A DNA stretch of 45,606 bases from a virus. Position numbers and translations under genes: made by a program. The stretch lies in UHGV virus genome UHGV-1352141. One strand, given 5' to 3'. Under the pieces are notes generated by a model, which made no database searches, was not told the DNA's origin, and saw only the letters and a list, made by a program, of their open reading frames with translations. Shown piece after piece: positions 17,018-25,363 of the stretch (its first letter is position 1; each line of letters opens with the position of its first letter).

Positions 17018-17485
17018 TTGAAGACAGACTTGACTAGACAAGCCGAAAAATGCGTTTGGTATCACACGAATAAGCAAGGCGTTTTCGGATGCTTTGAGGT
17101 AACTATTGGATGGTTTGGAAAAGAGCGAGTTGATTTCATGACATACTCCACAGACAACACAATCCGTTGTTATGAAATCAAAGTCACTTTATCAGACTTG
17201 AAAAGTAAGGCTAGTCAAACTTTTATTGGTGACTACAACTACTTAGTGATAACGCAAGATTTATGGGAGATCATTCAAAAGGATGACTCACTAGGATGGA
17301 AATATTACCATCAAGGAATTTTAGTGTTTCGAGAAACGGGAATCGGAATAAAAAGTGTGAAAAAAGCTAAAAAACAAAATGTAACTCTTGGAACAAGGTC
17401 AACTGTTTTAGAAAGCATGGTCAGATCATTAAATCGAGAAGTTGGAAAGTATTACAAAGCTACTCCTTTTTGGGAAGTAAGCTAA
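17018..17485 (+). CDS. Hypothetical protein
   Basis: TTG start. First gene after the antisense cassette. Confidence 0.45.
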   Translation: MKTDLTRQAEKCVWYHTNKQGVFGCFEVTIGWFGKERVDFMTYSTDNTIRCYEIKVTLSDLKSKASQTFIGDYNYLVITQDLWEIIQKDDSLGWKYYHQGILVFRETGIGIKSVKKAKKQNVTLGTRSTVLESMVRSLNREVGKYYKATPFWEVS

Positions 17486-17508
17486 CGACCACTATCAAGG
17501 AGGTTTTT

Positions 17509-17739
17509 ATGAACACAGACAATACATGCGATTTTCAAATAGGGCGATTAGATGGAGAGAAATATGTAATCATGCAGAACTTTCAATCGATGGCTGAATT
17601 TTGGAAACGGAATAACGGTGGTATCACGGTTCAATACACTTTAAGCTTCCAAAAATTGGATATGCCTGACAAAGTTATATGCATGGCACAGATGCAACGT
17701 TTCTGCGAGAAAACTTTACTACGGGAGGACGGCGAATGA
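17509..17739 (+). CDS. Hypothetical protein
   Basis: AAGGAGG ribosome-binding site before the ATG at 17509. Confidence 0.5.
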   Translation: MNTDNTCDFQIGRLDGEKYVIMQNFQSMAEFWKRNNGGITVQYTLSFQKLDMPDKVICMAQMQRFCEKTLLREDGE

Positions 17740-18074
17740 ACATTATCAAAATAGTTTTTGACGTTATCAGTTTTGCTTTAAACACCGCACTAATTATTTG
17801 TTGGGCGAGTTTCATTTTTTACGGTGGGATATGGCAAGCTGGAAACTTTATGAGTATAGAACTTAACGGATTACTGAGAAACAGCAAGAAGGCCTATAAA
17901 CCAAACAGCGAACAGTTCGAAGTAATAGAACGCTCCAATGTCATACAATTTGACGAAATGGGCTATCCACTCCGATTGGTAATGATTAATTTGGGCAATG
18001 GTACCGTCGATCATGTTTGGCGAGATACCACTGAAAGAGAAGATGATGTGGTGTTGGAGTGGACTAAAATTTAG
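17736..18074 (+). CDS. Small membrane protein
   Basis: GGGAGGA ribosome-binding site. One transmembrane helix (IVFDVISFALNTALIICWASFIFYGG). Confidence 0.5.
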   Translation: MNIIKIVFDVISFALNTALIICWASFIFYGGIWQAGNFMSIELNGLLRNSKKAYKPNSEQFEVIERSNVIQFDEMGYPLRLVMINLGNGTVDHVWRDTTEREDDVVLEWTKI

Positions 18075-18114
18075 TTCCGGTAACCACGCCTATTAAGTAG
18101 GAAGGAGAAATAGT

Positions 18115-18297
18115 ATGGAGGACATACTTAGATTGTTGAATGAAAGAGAACGACAGAGTGAAGATGCATTTGATAATTTCTCAAAAACTGAGCCAAATAA
18201 TATTGATGATTGGCGACAAGGATATATGTATGGACTTAAGGAAGGGCGACTAAGAGAGATCAAAGATATAAAAGAAATGGTCTTAAAGAATCGTTAA
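18115..18297 (+). CDS. Hypothetical protein
   Basis: GGAAGGAG ribosome-binding site. Confidence 0.5.
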   Translation: MEDILRLLNERERQSEDAFDNFSKTEPNNIDDWRQGYMYGLKEGRLREIKDIKEMVLKNR

Positions 18298-18327
18298 ACC
18301 AAGCCAATTTTATTAGAAGGAGCACCT

Positions 18328-19278
18328 ATGACGAGAAAAAAACAAAAAGAAATACTCTTTTGTGACTATTTTGATCAATGGGTTGAGACCTACAAGGTCG
18401 GGGCAATAAAACAAGTGACACTTAATAAGTATTATATGTCTGGTAAGCAACTGAGAAATATTTGCCCGAAACTACTCATGTCAAATTTTGATCGCATTGA
18501 GTATCAAAAAATCATTAACGAGTATGCAAAAACGCACGAGAAACAAACTACCGTTGATTTCCACCACACAATCAAGGGTTGCATCTTGGACGCGTTTCAC
18601 GATGGCGTACTTGATAAAGACCCGACGTATCGTGCTGTAATTAAAGGAAAAGAACCAGGAAAAAAACGCATGAAATTCTTACAAAAAGAAGAGTTAACTA
18701 AACTACTTCATTCGTTAGATTTAACGCACGGAATCAATAAAGATTGGTTCATCTTACTACTAGCTAAAACAGGAATGCGTTTCGCAGAAGGTTTAGCTAT
18801 TACACCAGCAGATTTTGATTGGTCAACGAATCAATTAAGCATAAATAAAACGTGGAATTACAAAAAATTTAATGGCGGTTTTGAAACGACTAAAACCGAA
18901 AGTAGCATTCGAAAAATCGCTATTGATTGGCAGATCGTCGGACAGTTCAAACCGCTTATAGAAGGTCTAGAACCGAACGAGCCTATCTTTATTGAGAAAT
19001 TGGCAGATGGTCACTACAAAAGGCAGCATAATTCAACATACGGCAACTATTTATTATCAAAATGTAGAGAATTAGGCATTACAGAAATAACGTTGCATGC
19101 CTTGAGGCATACACATGCCAGTGTTCTTTTAGCTGAAGGTGTATCAATCAACACAATATCGGCACGACTAGGGCATGCGGATGTTGGAGTGACACAAGAG
19201 ACATACGCTCATGTTTTAGACGAACTAAAGAGAAAAGACGATCAAAAAATGATGAGCGTTCTGATGCAGATTGCATAG
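18328..19278 (+). CDS. Second, complete tyrosine recombinase (phage-integrase family)
   Basis: TGMRFAE (Arg), LHALRHTHASVLL (H-x-x-R), LGHADVGVTQETYAHV (H...Y). Full length, 316 aa. Confidence 0.8.
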   Translation: MTRKKQKEILFCDYFDQWVETYKVGAIKQVTLNKYYMSGKQLRNICPKLLMSNFDRIEYQKIINEYAKTHEKQTTVDFHHTIKGCILDAFHDGVLDKDPTYRAVIKGKEPGKKRMKFLQKEELTKLLHSLDLTHGINKDWFILLLAKTGMRFAEGLAITPADFDWSTNQLSINKTWNYKKFNGGFETTKTESSIRKIAIDWQIVGQFKPLIEGLEPNEPIFIEKLADGHYKRQHNSTYGNYLLSKCRELGITEITLHALRHTHASVLLAEGVSINTISARLGHADVGVTQETYAHVLDELKRKDDQKMMSVLMQIA

Positions 19279-19292
19279 CGAGGTGATCAAGC

Positions 19293-19820
19293 ATGGCAAG
19301 TAGATGGACTGAAGATGAAGACGTTTATCTAGAATATTTTGCTTATGAGGGCGATTCGGGCATTCAAGAGGCGGCTGAATACTTGAATAGATCAAAAGCG
19401 GCTGTTGTATCACGACTACAATACTTGCGAAAAAAAGATAGCAATGTTCGATGCCTGAAAAGGAAATGGTCAGAAAAAGAAGATGAATTTCTTAGAAAAA
19501 ACTATCGTGTCATGAAAAATAATGAGTTAGCAAAACGTTTAGGGCGAACATGCGCAGCAGTGGATCAACGAAAAAAAATATTAGAACTGAGGACTATCAG
19601 ACCGATTACCGTTCATAAGGACAAGATTATTGAACTCATACAGAAGGGATATTACAGACCTGAAATAGCGAAAGAATTGAATATCAATGAGGCTTCATTA
19701 GTAAAATTTTTGATAATTAACAAAATCTACTGCAAGCCTGTTCCATACAAAATGAGAACCAAACAAATTAGAGAAATTAATGAGAGGCGACTTTATGTTA
19801 ACTGCGAAAATAGTAAATAA
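19293..19820 (+). CDS. SANT/Myb-like repeat DNA-binding protein
   Basis: Two W-x-E-D-E/D-x-x-L repeats (WTEDEDVYL, WSEKEDEFL) plus a C-terminal HTH-like segment IAKELNINEASLVKFL. Confidence 0.5.
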   Translation: MASRWTEDEDVYLEYFAYEGDSGIQEAAEYLNRSKAAVVSRLQYLRKKDSNVRCLKRKWSEKEDEFLRKNYRVMKNNELAKRLGRTCAAVDQRKKILELRTIRPITVHKDKIIELIQKGYYRPEIAKELNINEASLVKFLIINKIYCKPVPYKMRTKQIREINERRLYVNCENSK

Positions 19821-20388
19821 CCTTTTGGAAGTAGATGACAGCTACAAAGCGCCTGAATCACTTTTAAAAAAGATGCTAGATAATGACGATAGGGTCAAAT
19901 TATTTGATGATTTCTTGAAGATCGAACAAGAACTGGATCGTGATTGGTTTGTCGATTACTTCCAAGAAGAACACTCAGAACGTAAGAGATTTAATCAAGA
20001 TTTTACTCCATTACCAATGGCCGAGCTTTTAAATAAACTGACTGGAAATTCAAGAACCTATTTCGAATCAGCAGCAGGGTCAGGCGGTTTACTGATCAGT
20101 GCATGGGATCAGAACAGAGCTGAAGCTTGCGAACATAGGTTAGATTCAAGGGCCTATTGGTATCAAGTAGAAGAGCTGTCAGATAGAGCCGTTCCGTTCT
20201 TAATCTTCAATATGGCGATCCGTGGGATGAATGGTGTGATATTGCACGGCGATAGCTTGGAACGAACATTCAAAGAAGTCTATTTCATTCGAAATGAATC
20301 AACTGAGTTTTTAAAGTATAGCGAAGTCTTTGTAATGCCAAAAACGGAGATGTTAATGGCTGAGTTGGATATTAAAAAGTTCATCTAA
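19795..20388 (+). CDS. Methyltransferase-like protein (SAM-binding motif I present, catalytic motif IV not evident)
   Basis: DFTPLPMAELL...YFESAAGSGGLL resembles motif I of N6-adenine DNA methyltransferases. No (D/N)PP(Y/F) motif found. Short at about 198 aa. Confidence 0.4.
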   Translation: MLTAKIVNNLLEVDDSYKAPESLLKKMLDNDDRVKLFDDFLKIEQELDRDWFVDYFQEEHSERKRFNQDFTPLPMAELLNKLTGNSRTYFESAAGSGGLLISAWDQNRAEACEHRLDSRAYWYQVEELSDRAVPFLIFNMAIRGMNGVILHGDSLERTFKEVYFIRNESTEFLKYSEVFVMPKTEMLMAELDIKKFI

Positions 20389-20461
20389 CTCAGCCTATCA
20401 AGTAAGAATCTATGTGATCATTAATCGATTTTTTGATCACATAGAATTAAGGAGGTATGAA

Positions 20462-20947
20462 ATGAATAAACAAGAATTGATTAAAAAAGTAAAAGCGCTT
20501 GAGGGATACAACAGTGCCTTTTCAAGAGATTATGAAATCGGACATGACGAATGTATGGACAAAGTCGTATTGCTAATTGAACAACTAGACGAACCGCAGA
20601 AAGTCAAAGCTAGGTTGGCAAAACATTGGGATGAAGATTTAGGAGATTGCTTGTGGTGGGATTTCCCAGTAGAAGAGCCGCCATATTGTGGCACACCACT
20701 AGATGACGATTTTCCAAAGTATAAGACACATTTTACTGAACTTCATATTCCAGACGAGGTCGAGAAAGAGCCAAAGTGGGTGGTTAAGATAGAAGACAAT
20801 GGGTCAGCGTACTTTGTTGACTTTTTCGATGAATTACAGCCTCATCTCGTCTACGGTTTAAGCGGCGAAGTAATGAGATTTGATAGCGAAGATAAAGCGA
20901 ATGCGATTGTTACATTGATTGAATGTGGCACAGTTGAGAAAGTGTAG
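20462..20947 (+). CDS. Hypothetical protein
   Basis: AAGGAGGT ribosome-binding site. Trimmed from track ORF 20414. Confidence 0.55.
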   Translation: MNKQELIKKVKALEGYNSAFSRDYEIGHDECMDKVVLLIEQLDEPQKVKARLAKHWDEDLGDCLWWDFPVEEPPYCGTPLDDDFPKYKTHFTELHIPDEVEKEPKWVVKIEDNGSAYFVDFFDELQPHLVYGLSGEVMRFDSEDKANAIVTLIECGTVEKV

Positions 20948-20956
20948 GTGTGAGAG

Positions 20957-21136
20957 ATGGATAAGCAAGAAGTTTTAGATGAACTTCAGAAGAAATATGA
21001 CGAGGCGATTGAAGCCCAAGAAAGATGCCTTGTTGGATATGGTATGTGGCAAGCATATGAAAACAGAGCTATCGCATATTCAAATGCAATAAGTATTGTT
21101 CATCACCTAAATGAGAGAGAGCAGGTAAGAGAATGA
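20957..21136 (+). CDS. Small ORF (59 aa)
   Basis: Translationally coupled chain. Below the track length cutoff. Confidence 0.35.
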   Translation: MDKQEVLDELQKKYDEAIEAQERCLVGYGMWQAYENRAIAYSNAISIVHHLNEREQVRE

Positions 21137-21300
21137 TCAATAAAAAATATAAAACAATTTATCCGAGTATTGTTCCAAAAGGATCAATTGGAACTTGCGT
21201 GGATGTTGAGATCGGAGTTCTTATAGCCTTTCGGCTTGAGTTTGAGAATGGTGAATCTCTGTGGTTCATGAAACGGGACTTGGAGGAGGTGGCGGAATGA
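21133..21300 (+). CDS. Small ORF (55 aa)
   Basis: ATGA overlap with the neighbouring ORFs. Confidence 0.35.
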   Translation: MINKKYKTIYPSIVPKGSIGTCVDVEIGVLIAFRLEFENGESLWFMKRDLEEVAE

Positions 21301-21470
21301 GCAAGTTTTTCGAAGAACTATTCGCTGCAACGATGATCCTTTTTAAAGAGATTATTGGTTTTATCAGTTATTGTTGGAACCTTGAAAATAGAGATAAAAG
21401 CTGGAAAGACTTTCCGGTAACCGAAGCGATAGCAGAAAAAAGACTGCCGCGGTATGAAACGGCAGTCTAG
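21297..21470 (+). CDS. Small hydrophobic protein (57 aa)
   Basis: GGAGGAGGTG ribosome-binding site. ATGA coupled. Confidence 0.45.
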   Translation: MSKFFEELFAATMILFKEIIGFISYCWNLENRDKSWKDFPVTEAIAEKRLPRYETAV

Positions 21471-21598
21471 TGCTAGGTGGGGAACCTAGCTGCGCACAAT
21501 TGGTGTCTTCTCAAAAGACACCAAAAGCGTAACAAGTAACCGTTTTAGTTTCAAGCGCGAACGGTAGTTAAGAAGAAATAAGTTATAAATAATTTGTA

Positions 21599-22432
21599 AC
21601 AAAAAAGACCGCTGGGGATTGGTCAGCGGTCGTGAGCTGATTGAAATATGCTTTTAACCCGATTAAAAAGGAGGGGCCAGCTCATCACTATTGTACACCT
21701 AGTAGCGCAATAAAAAAAGACCGCTAGGCAGTCAGTTAGCGGTCAATGAGCCGATTGCGAAAGTTGTTTGTAGTCAACAAAAGAAAATATCAGCTCTTCA
21801 TAATTGTATCATAAAAAGGACCGCTTTTTCATATGGCAGTCCCTAAGCTAGTGTAGTATTCTTGGATTATTTATGGATTTTTCTAGCTCAAATATATTGT
21901 ACACCTATGTGAATCAAAGTGAAATAACAAAAAAATAAATTAAGAAGCCTAGGTTTTATGAATTTGAAAGGTATAATGCCTGGTTTTCGTTAGACAAAAT
22001 AGACCACTAAAAAAGCGGTCTACGAGCTAGATGAAATAGGTTTTGACGTTAACGAAAATTAGAAAGGAAAGAACTAGCTCATTTAGATGATACCATAGAA
22101 AAAGACCACTGAATAGTTATATCAGTGGTCCCTGAGTTAGGTAGTTGTGCTTATAATAAGTGGGTTGTTTTTTTATTTAACCTAACTCGTTGGGCTAGTG
22201 CAGTATCAAAATTGTCGGTCTCAAACTTCAAGAAAATTACTAGCCCAATTCTTATTTTACACAGAGATAAGTAAGAAAAAAAGGCCGCTGAGTAAAAAAA
22301 CAGCGGCTTGTGAACTAGAAAAATTCGGGTAATATGGAAAAATTAGAAACCAGCTCACACTAAAAGTTTATCAAATTCATTTTTCCGTTTCAAGATCGTA
22401 CAAAAAAACGCTGGGAAAGTTCCCAACGCCTC
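21599..22432 (-). repeat. Array A: at least seven tandem divergent hairpin units that look like small-RNA transcription units on the minus strand, in about 1 kb of ORF-free DNA
   Basis: Each unit has an A-run plus a GC hairpin on the plus strand, which is a hairpin plus T-run terminator on the minus strand (e.g. 21607..21630, 21719..21744, 22104..22130, 22283..22308). Each also has a second, larger co-varying stem and a TGnTAnnAT element on the minus strand. No ORF of 60 aa or more on either strand. Confidence 0.6.
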
Positions 22433-22481
22433 TTTATGAATAAAAACTGACAAGATAATTATACCATAAGGAGTGGCGATT

Positions 22482-22961
22482 GTGAGATTTCAATGGTTAA
22501 GGGATTATCAAGATTTGGAAGAACAGTTACTCTACTTAAAGTGGAATCTGAATAAAAGTAAACTTGAATTGATTCGGTGGACAACTGGTGATTTATCGAA
22601 AGTACGTATAGAAAAAAACTCTCGATCGTCATTGCTCGAAGAGAATATTACTCAAATTGAAAATGAGATTGAATTGTTAGAAGAACAACAAAAGGAAATG
22701 TTGGTCATTATTCAATCTTTCAAAGGAGTCGAAAATGAAATTGTTCGTATGAAGTACATTGAGGGATTAACTTTGGAAGAAATAGTGGAAGAAACCGGAT
22801 ATAGCGATTCTTACATAAGAAAAAAGCATGCGGAAATCAGAAGTAAGCTTCAATTTATTGATGATTACGAGGCTCGCCATTTAGATAGAAAAGCAAAAAA
22901 AGAAGAGCTTGAATACTACGATGAAAAAAGGAGAAAAACTCAGCAACTTTCCCTTTTTTGA
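22482..22961 (+). CDS. ArpU-family late transcription regulator
   Basis: C-terminal sigma-70 region-4-like HTH (GLTLEEIVEETGYSDSYIRKKHAEI). GTG start 8 nt after AAGGAG. Confidence 0.65.
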   Translation: MRFQWLRDYQDLEEQLLYLKWNLNKSKLELIRWTTGDLSKVRIEKNSRSSLLEENITQIENEIELLEEQQKEMLVIIQSFKGVENEIVRMKYIEGLTLEEIVEETGYSDSYIRKKHAEIRSKLQFIDDYEARHLDRKAKKEELEYYDEKRRKTQQLSLF

Positions 22962-23245
22962 AAATTTCAACATTCACTAAATGTGCACTCATTTTGTGTA
23001 TGGAAGTATTGAAATAGGCATGATATTTTATTAGCATAGAAAATTTTGAAAGGAGGAAGCTCCTCTTCGTTTCAATTTTTTCGATCGTTTGCAAGACGAT
23101 AAATACTAGACGGCACAAAAAATAAATAATGAATGGAGTTGAAAAGTTTCATTTCCGTTGAAAGTTCGCTGTGCTGTCTATTGTTATCAAATAATTTTTA
23201 TTAAAATTTATAGATTTCGAATATGTTCTTTTGTATAATATTTAA

Positions 23246-23396
23246 CGTAGAGAAGTTAAGATGAGTAGCTCCATTTTTATGACTCTGCACAAGTTAAAAA
23301 ATGATATATCTGAATGATTCTTTTAAACAATTCAAAAAACGATCTTACTCATCTTAACAACTCTACAGGATGTGAGTACATCACGTTCTTTTTTGC
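23246..23396 (+). ncRNA. Candidate small RNA of about 150 nt, from a TGTATAAT promoter to an intrinsic terminator
   Basis: -10 box at 23234..23239. A long internal stem GTAGAGAAGTTAAGATGAGTAG / CTTACTCATCTTAACAACTCTAC. Terminator ATGTGA-GTACA-TCACGT plus T-run at 23370..23396. No convincing ORF. Confidence 0.35.
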
Positions 23397-23536
23397 TGTT
23401 AAATTAAAACATACTAGCATGATTATTAGTCTTTTTGTATAATATTTGCGTAGAAAAGTGAAAAGATGGTGGCTAATCTCTTGAATAAAGGGGTGATGCC
23501 TATGGTTCATAGCTTTATCCCTAGAAGGGAGTAGGC

Positions 23537-23623
23537 ATGTCTGTTTATCAAGCGTTGTCGCTGATGATCGCATTTGCGACGTTAGTGTTGCTGATTACAG
23601 ATCACACGAACACAAAAAAATAA
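23537..23623 (+). CDS. Candidate type I toxin-like peptide (28 aa)
   Basis: MSVYQALSLMIAFATLVLLITDHTNTKK. The ribosome-binding site GGGAGTAGGC sits inside an inverted repeat GCCTAT...ATAGGC. Driven by a second copy of the TGTATAAT promoter at 23445..23453. Confidence 0.4.
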   Translation: MSVYQALSLMIAFATLVLLITDHTNTKK

Positions 23624-23702
23624 TCATCTTTTAACACTTTAGCGAGAGTTAAGATGATTATCTTCTTAATATTCAGCTACCGTCTTTTTAACGGTTCTAC
23701 AT

Positions 23703-23729
23703 GGACGTGTTTGCAGCACGTCCTTTTTC
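23703..23729 (+). terminator. Intrinsic terminator after the toxin-like ORF
   Basis: GGACGTG-TTTGCAG-CACGTCC followed by TTTTT. Confidence 0.6.
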
Positions 23730-23819
23730 TATATCTATTATAACATGTGAATAAAGAAAATCAATTGAGATCGCTTCGGCGGTCTTTTTATTTTGAAATA
23801 CTTTTGAGGAGTGATTGCT

Positions 23820-23894
23820 ATGAAGCAAGTGTTAGATCGAGTGAAACGATTGTTTGGTAGGCGTAATGGATTAGTGACAGCAGTCTCCTCGTGA
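23820..23894 (+). CDS. Possible 24-aa basic peptide ORF
   Basis: GAGGAG ribosome-binding site 8 nt upstream. Peptide MKQVLDRVKRLFGRRNGLVTAVSS. Bracketed by terminator-like hairpins at 23769..23794 and CCTCGTGAGG plus T-run at 23888..23910. Confidence 0.3.
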   Translation: MKQVLDRVKRLFGRRNGLVTAVSS

Positions 23895-23917
23895 GGCTGT
23901 TTTATTTTGCTCACAAA

Positions 23918-24135
23918 AATAGACCACTACCGGGTAATAGTGGTCAGGAATTAAATGAAAAAGATGTTAAAGGGTTGTTAGACAAGTATAACATCATAGC
24001 GTTTACATAGCAATACAAAAAAGAGCCACTGTTTCCGCAGCAGCCCTTTAGTGTAACAAGTAACTATAAATATATCATCCTTGGCCATGTATTTCAACAC
24101 ACAAAAATAGACCGCTGTTTCCGCAGCGATCTATC
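23918..24135 (-). repeat. Array B: three more hairpin/terminator units of the same family
   Basis: GACCACTA/TAGTGGTC at 23922..23945 and GACCGCTG/CAGCGATC at 24110..24131, each followed on the minus strand by T-runs. GTAACAAGTAAC motif at 24052, shared with 21529. Confidence 0.5.
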
Positions 24136-24210
24136 TGTGAAACGTAAACAATTTATACATAAAGCATACAATAATAACGCTTACATTGCAACGCAGAAAG
24201 GGATAGAGCA

Positions 24211-24468
24211 ATGAAAACTTACTGGTACGTGTCATTAAACAATAAATATCCGAAGCCAATGAAAGGACAGCATAGACGTGTAGTCATGTCTGTTCAAATG
24301 AAGGCGAAGTATTCGATTGTAGAAATGATCAGAGAGGCAACGCCAGTAGAGATTGATCATTGCAAATTGATCTATCTTGGAAAAGGCTTCTTTTTTGATA
24401 CTCAAATTCAACAAGGATTGGCCAAGCATTTAAGTAGAATGAAAATCTGGAAACAAAACTCAACCTAA
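24211..24468 (+). CDS. Hypothetical protein
   Basis: AAAGGGATAGAG ribosome-binding site. Immediately upstream of terS. Confidence 0.5.
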   Translation: MKTYWYVSLNNKYPKPMKGQHRRVVMSVQMKAKYSIVEMIREATPVEIDHCKLIYLGKGFFFDTQIQQGLAKHLSRMKIWKQNST

Positions 24469-24493
24469 AGGAATGTGAGGTGGTGATTTATGA

Positions 24494-25363
24494 ATGGCAA
24501 GAAAACGTGATCCTAGACGTGACGAAGCGTTTGAGTTATTTAAAAAGTCTAATGGATCAATAACTAATCGGGAAATTGCCGAAAAACTTTCTGTTCCCGA
24601 AAAAACGATCTCCGCTTGGAAATCGAGAGATAAATGGAATGCAGTACTACAAAACGATAATTGTAGTACTGCAAAAAATGATTGTAGTACTACAAACAGA
24701 GGCGGCGCTCCTACAGGAAACAAAAATGCTAAAGGGAATAAAGGAAACAGCCGAGCTTCACCGCCTTTAAGAAATAAGAATGCTCTTAAAACTGGGGAGT
24801 TTGAGTCAATATATTTTGATACTTTAAGTGAGGAGGAAAAGGAACTTTATTCAACTATGAATGATGATCCTTTTTTTGTGTTGTCTGGAGAAGTTCGAAT
24901 GTTGCAAATCAGACAACGGCGCATGATGAAAAGAATACAAGATGCAGAAACAGGATTAAACGATGAAGAAATCGAACGCCTTCAACAATTAAGGAAAGTC
25001 AAAACGCCTGTCGAACATGACGGGAAGAAGCTTGAAATTAAGTATGAGGTTCTAAAAGATGTTCAGGTAACAAGAAAAACGTATCGAAAGATCGACGATA
25101 TATTGTCTATCGAAGAGGCGTTGACTAGGATTAGTAATCAATTATCCAGATCAATTAAGCAATTGGCCGAACTAGAAATGAATAATCATAGAGCTGGATT
25201 GTTTGATAAGCAAAAAGAAAAAGCAGAAGCTGAAATTCGTCGCCTGAAGATTCAGAATGGTGAGTTTGAACAAGACGAGATCGGTGATGATGGATTTGTT
25301 GAAGCAATCAAAGGAATAGCGAATGATCCGGAGGTGTGGTCTGATGACGACATCGAAACATAA
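24494..25363 (+). CDS. terS: Terminase small subunit
   Basis: N-terminal HTH (SITNREIAEKLSVPEKTISAWKSRDKWN). Directly upstream of and overlapping terL. Confidence 0.75.
   Translation: MARKRDPRRDEAFELFKKSNGSITNREIAEKLSVPEKTISAWKSRDKWNAVLQNDNCSTAKNDCSTTNRGGAPTGNKNAKGNKGNSRASPPLRNKNALKTGEFESIYFDTLSEEEKELYSTMNDDPFFVLSGEVRMLQIRQRRMMKRIQDAETGLNDEEIERLQQLRKVKTPVEHDGKKLEIKYEVLKDVQVTRKTYRKIDDILSIEEALTRISNQLSRSIKQLAELEMNNHRAGLFDKQKEKAEAEIRRLKIQNGEFEQDEIGDDGFVEAIKGIANDPEVWSDDDIET

Noticed and set aside
20410-20444. 11-bp perfect hairpin CTATGTGATCA-N13-TGATCACATAG as an intrinsic terminator
   Set aside because: No U-tract follows on either strand and it directly precedes the ribosome-binding site of the next gene. 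It is more likely an RNA processing or stability element, or coincidental.
23349-23573. Minus-strand 74-aa ORF in the toxin-antitoxin-like region
   Set aside because: It overlaps both TGTATAAT promoters and the start of the 28-aa ORF on the other strand, and has no ribosome-binding site. The region is better explained by plus-strand RNA features.
21599-24135. Whether the hairpin array is a CRISPR array or a solitary CRISPR-like anti-CRISPR repeat
   Set aside because: The repeat stems differ in sequence between units (covariation), spacing is irregular at 94 to 182 bp, and there is no constant 28 to 37-nt repeat alternating with unique spacers of fixed length. Each unit instead looks like a promoter, structured RNA and terminator.
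24460-24770. ORFs 24460..24723 (-) and 24576..24770 (+) overlapping terS
   Set aside because: Alternative-frame or antisense ORFs inside a well-supported terminase small-subunit gene.
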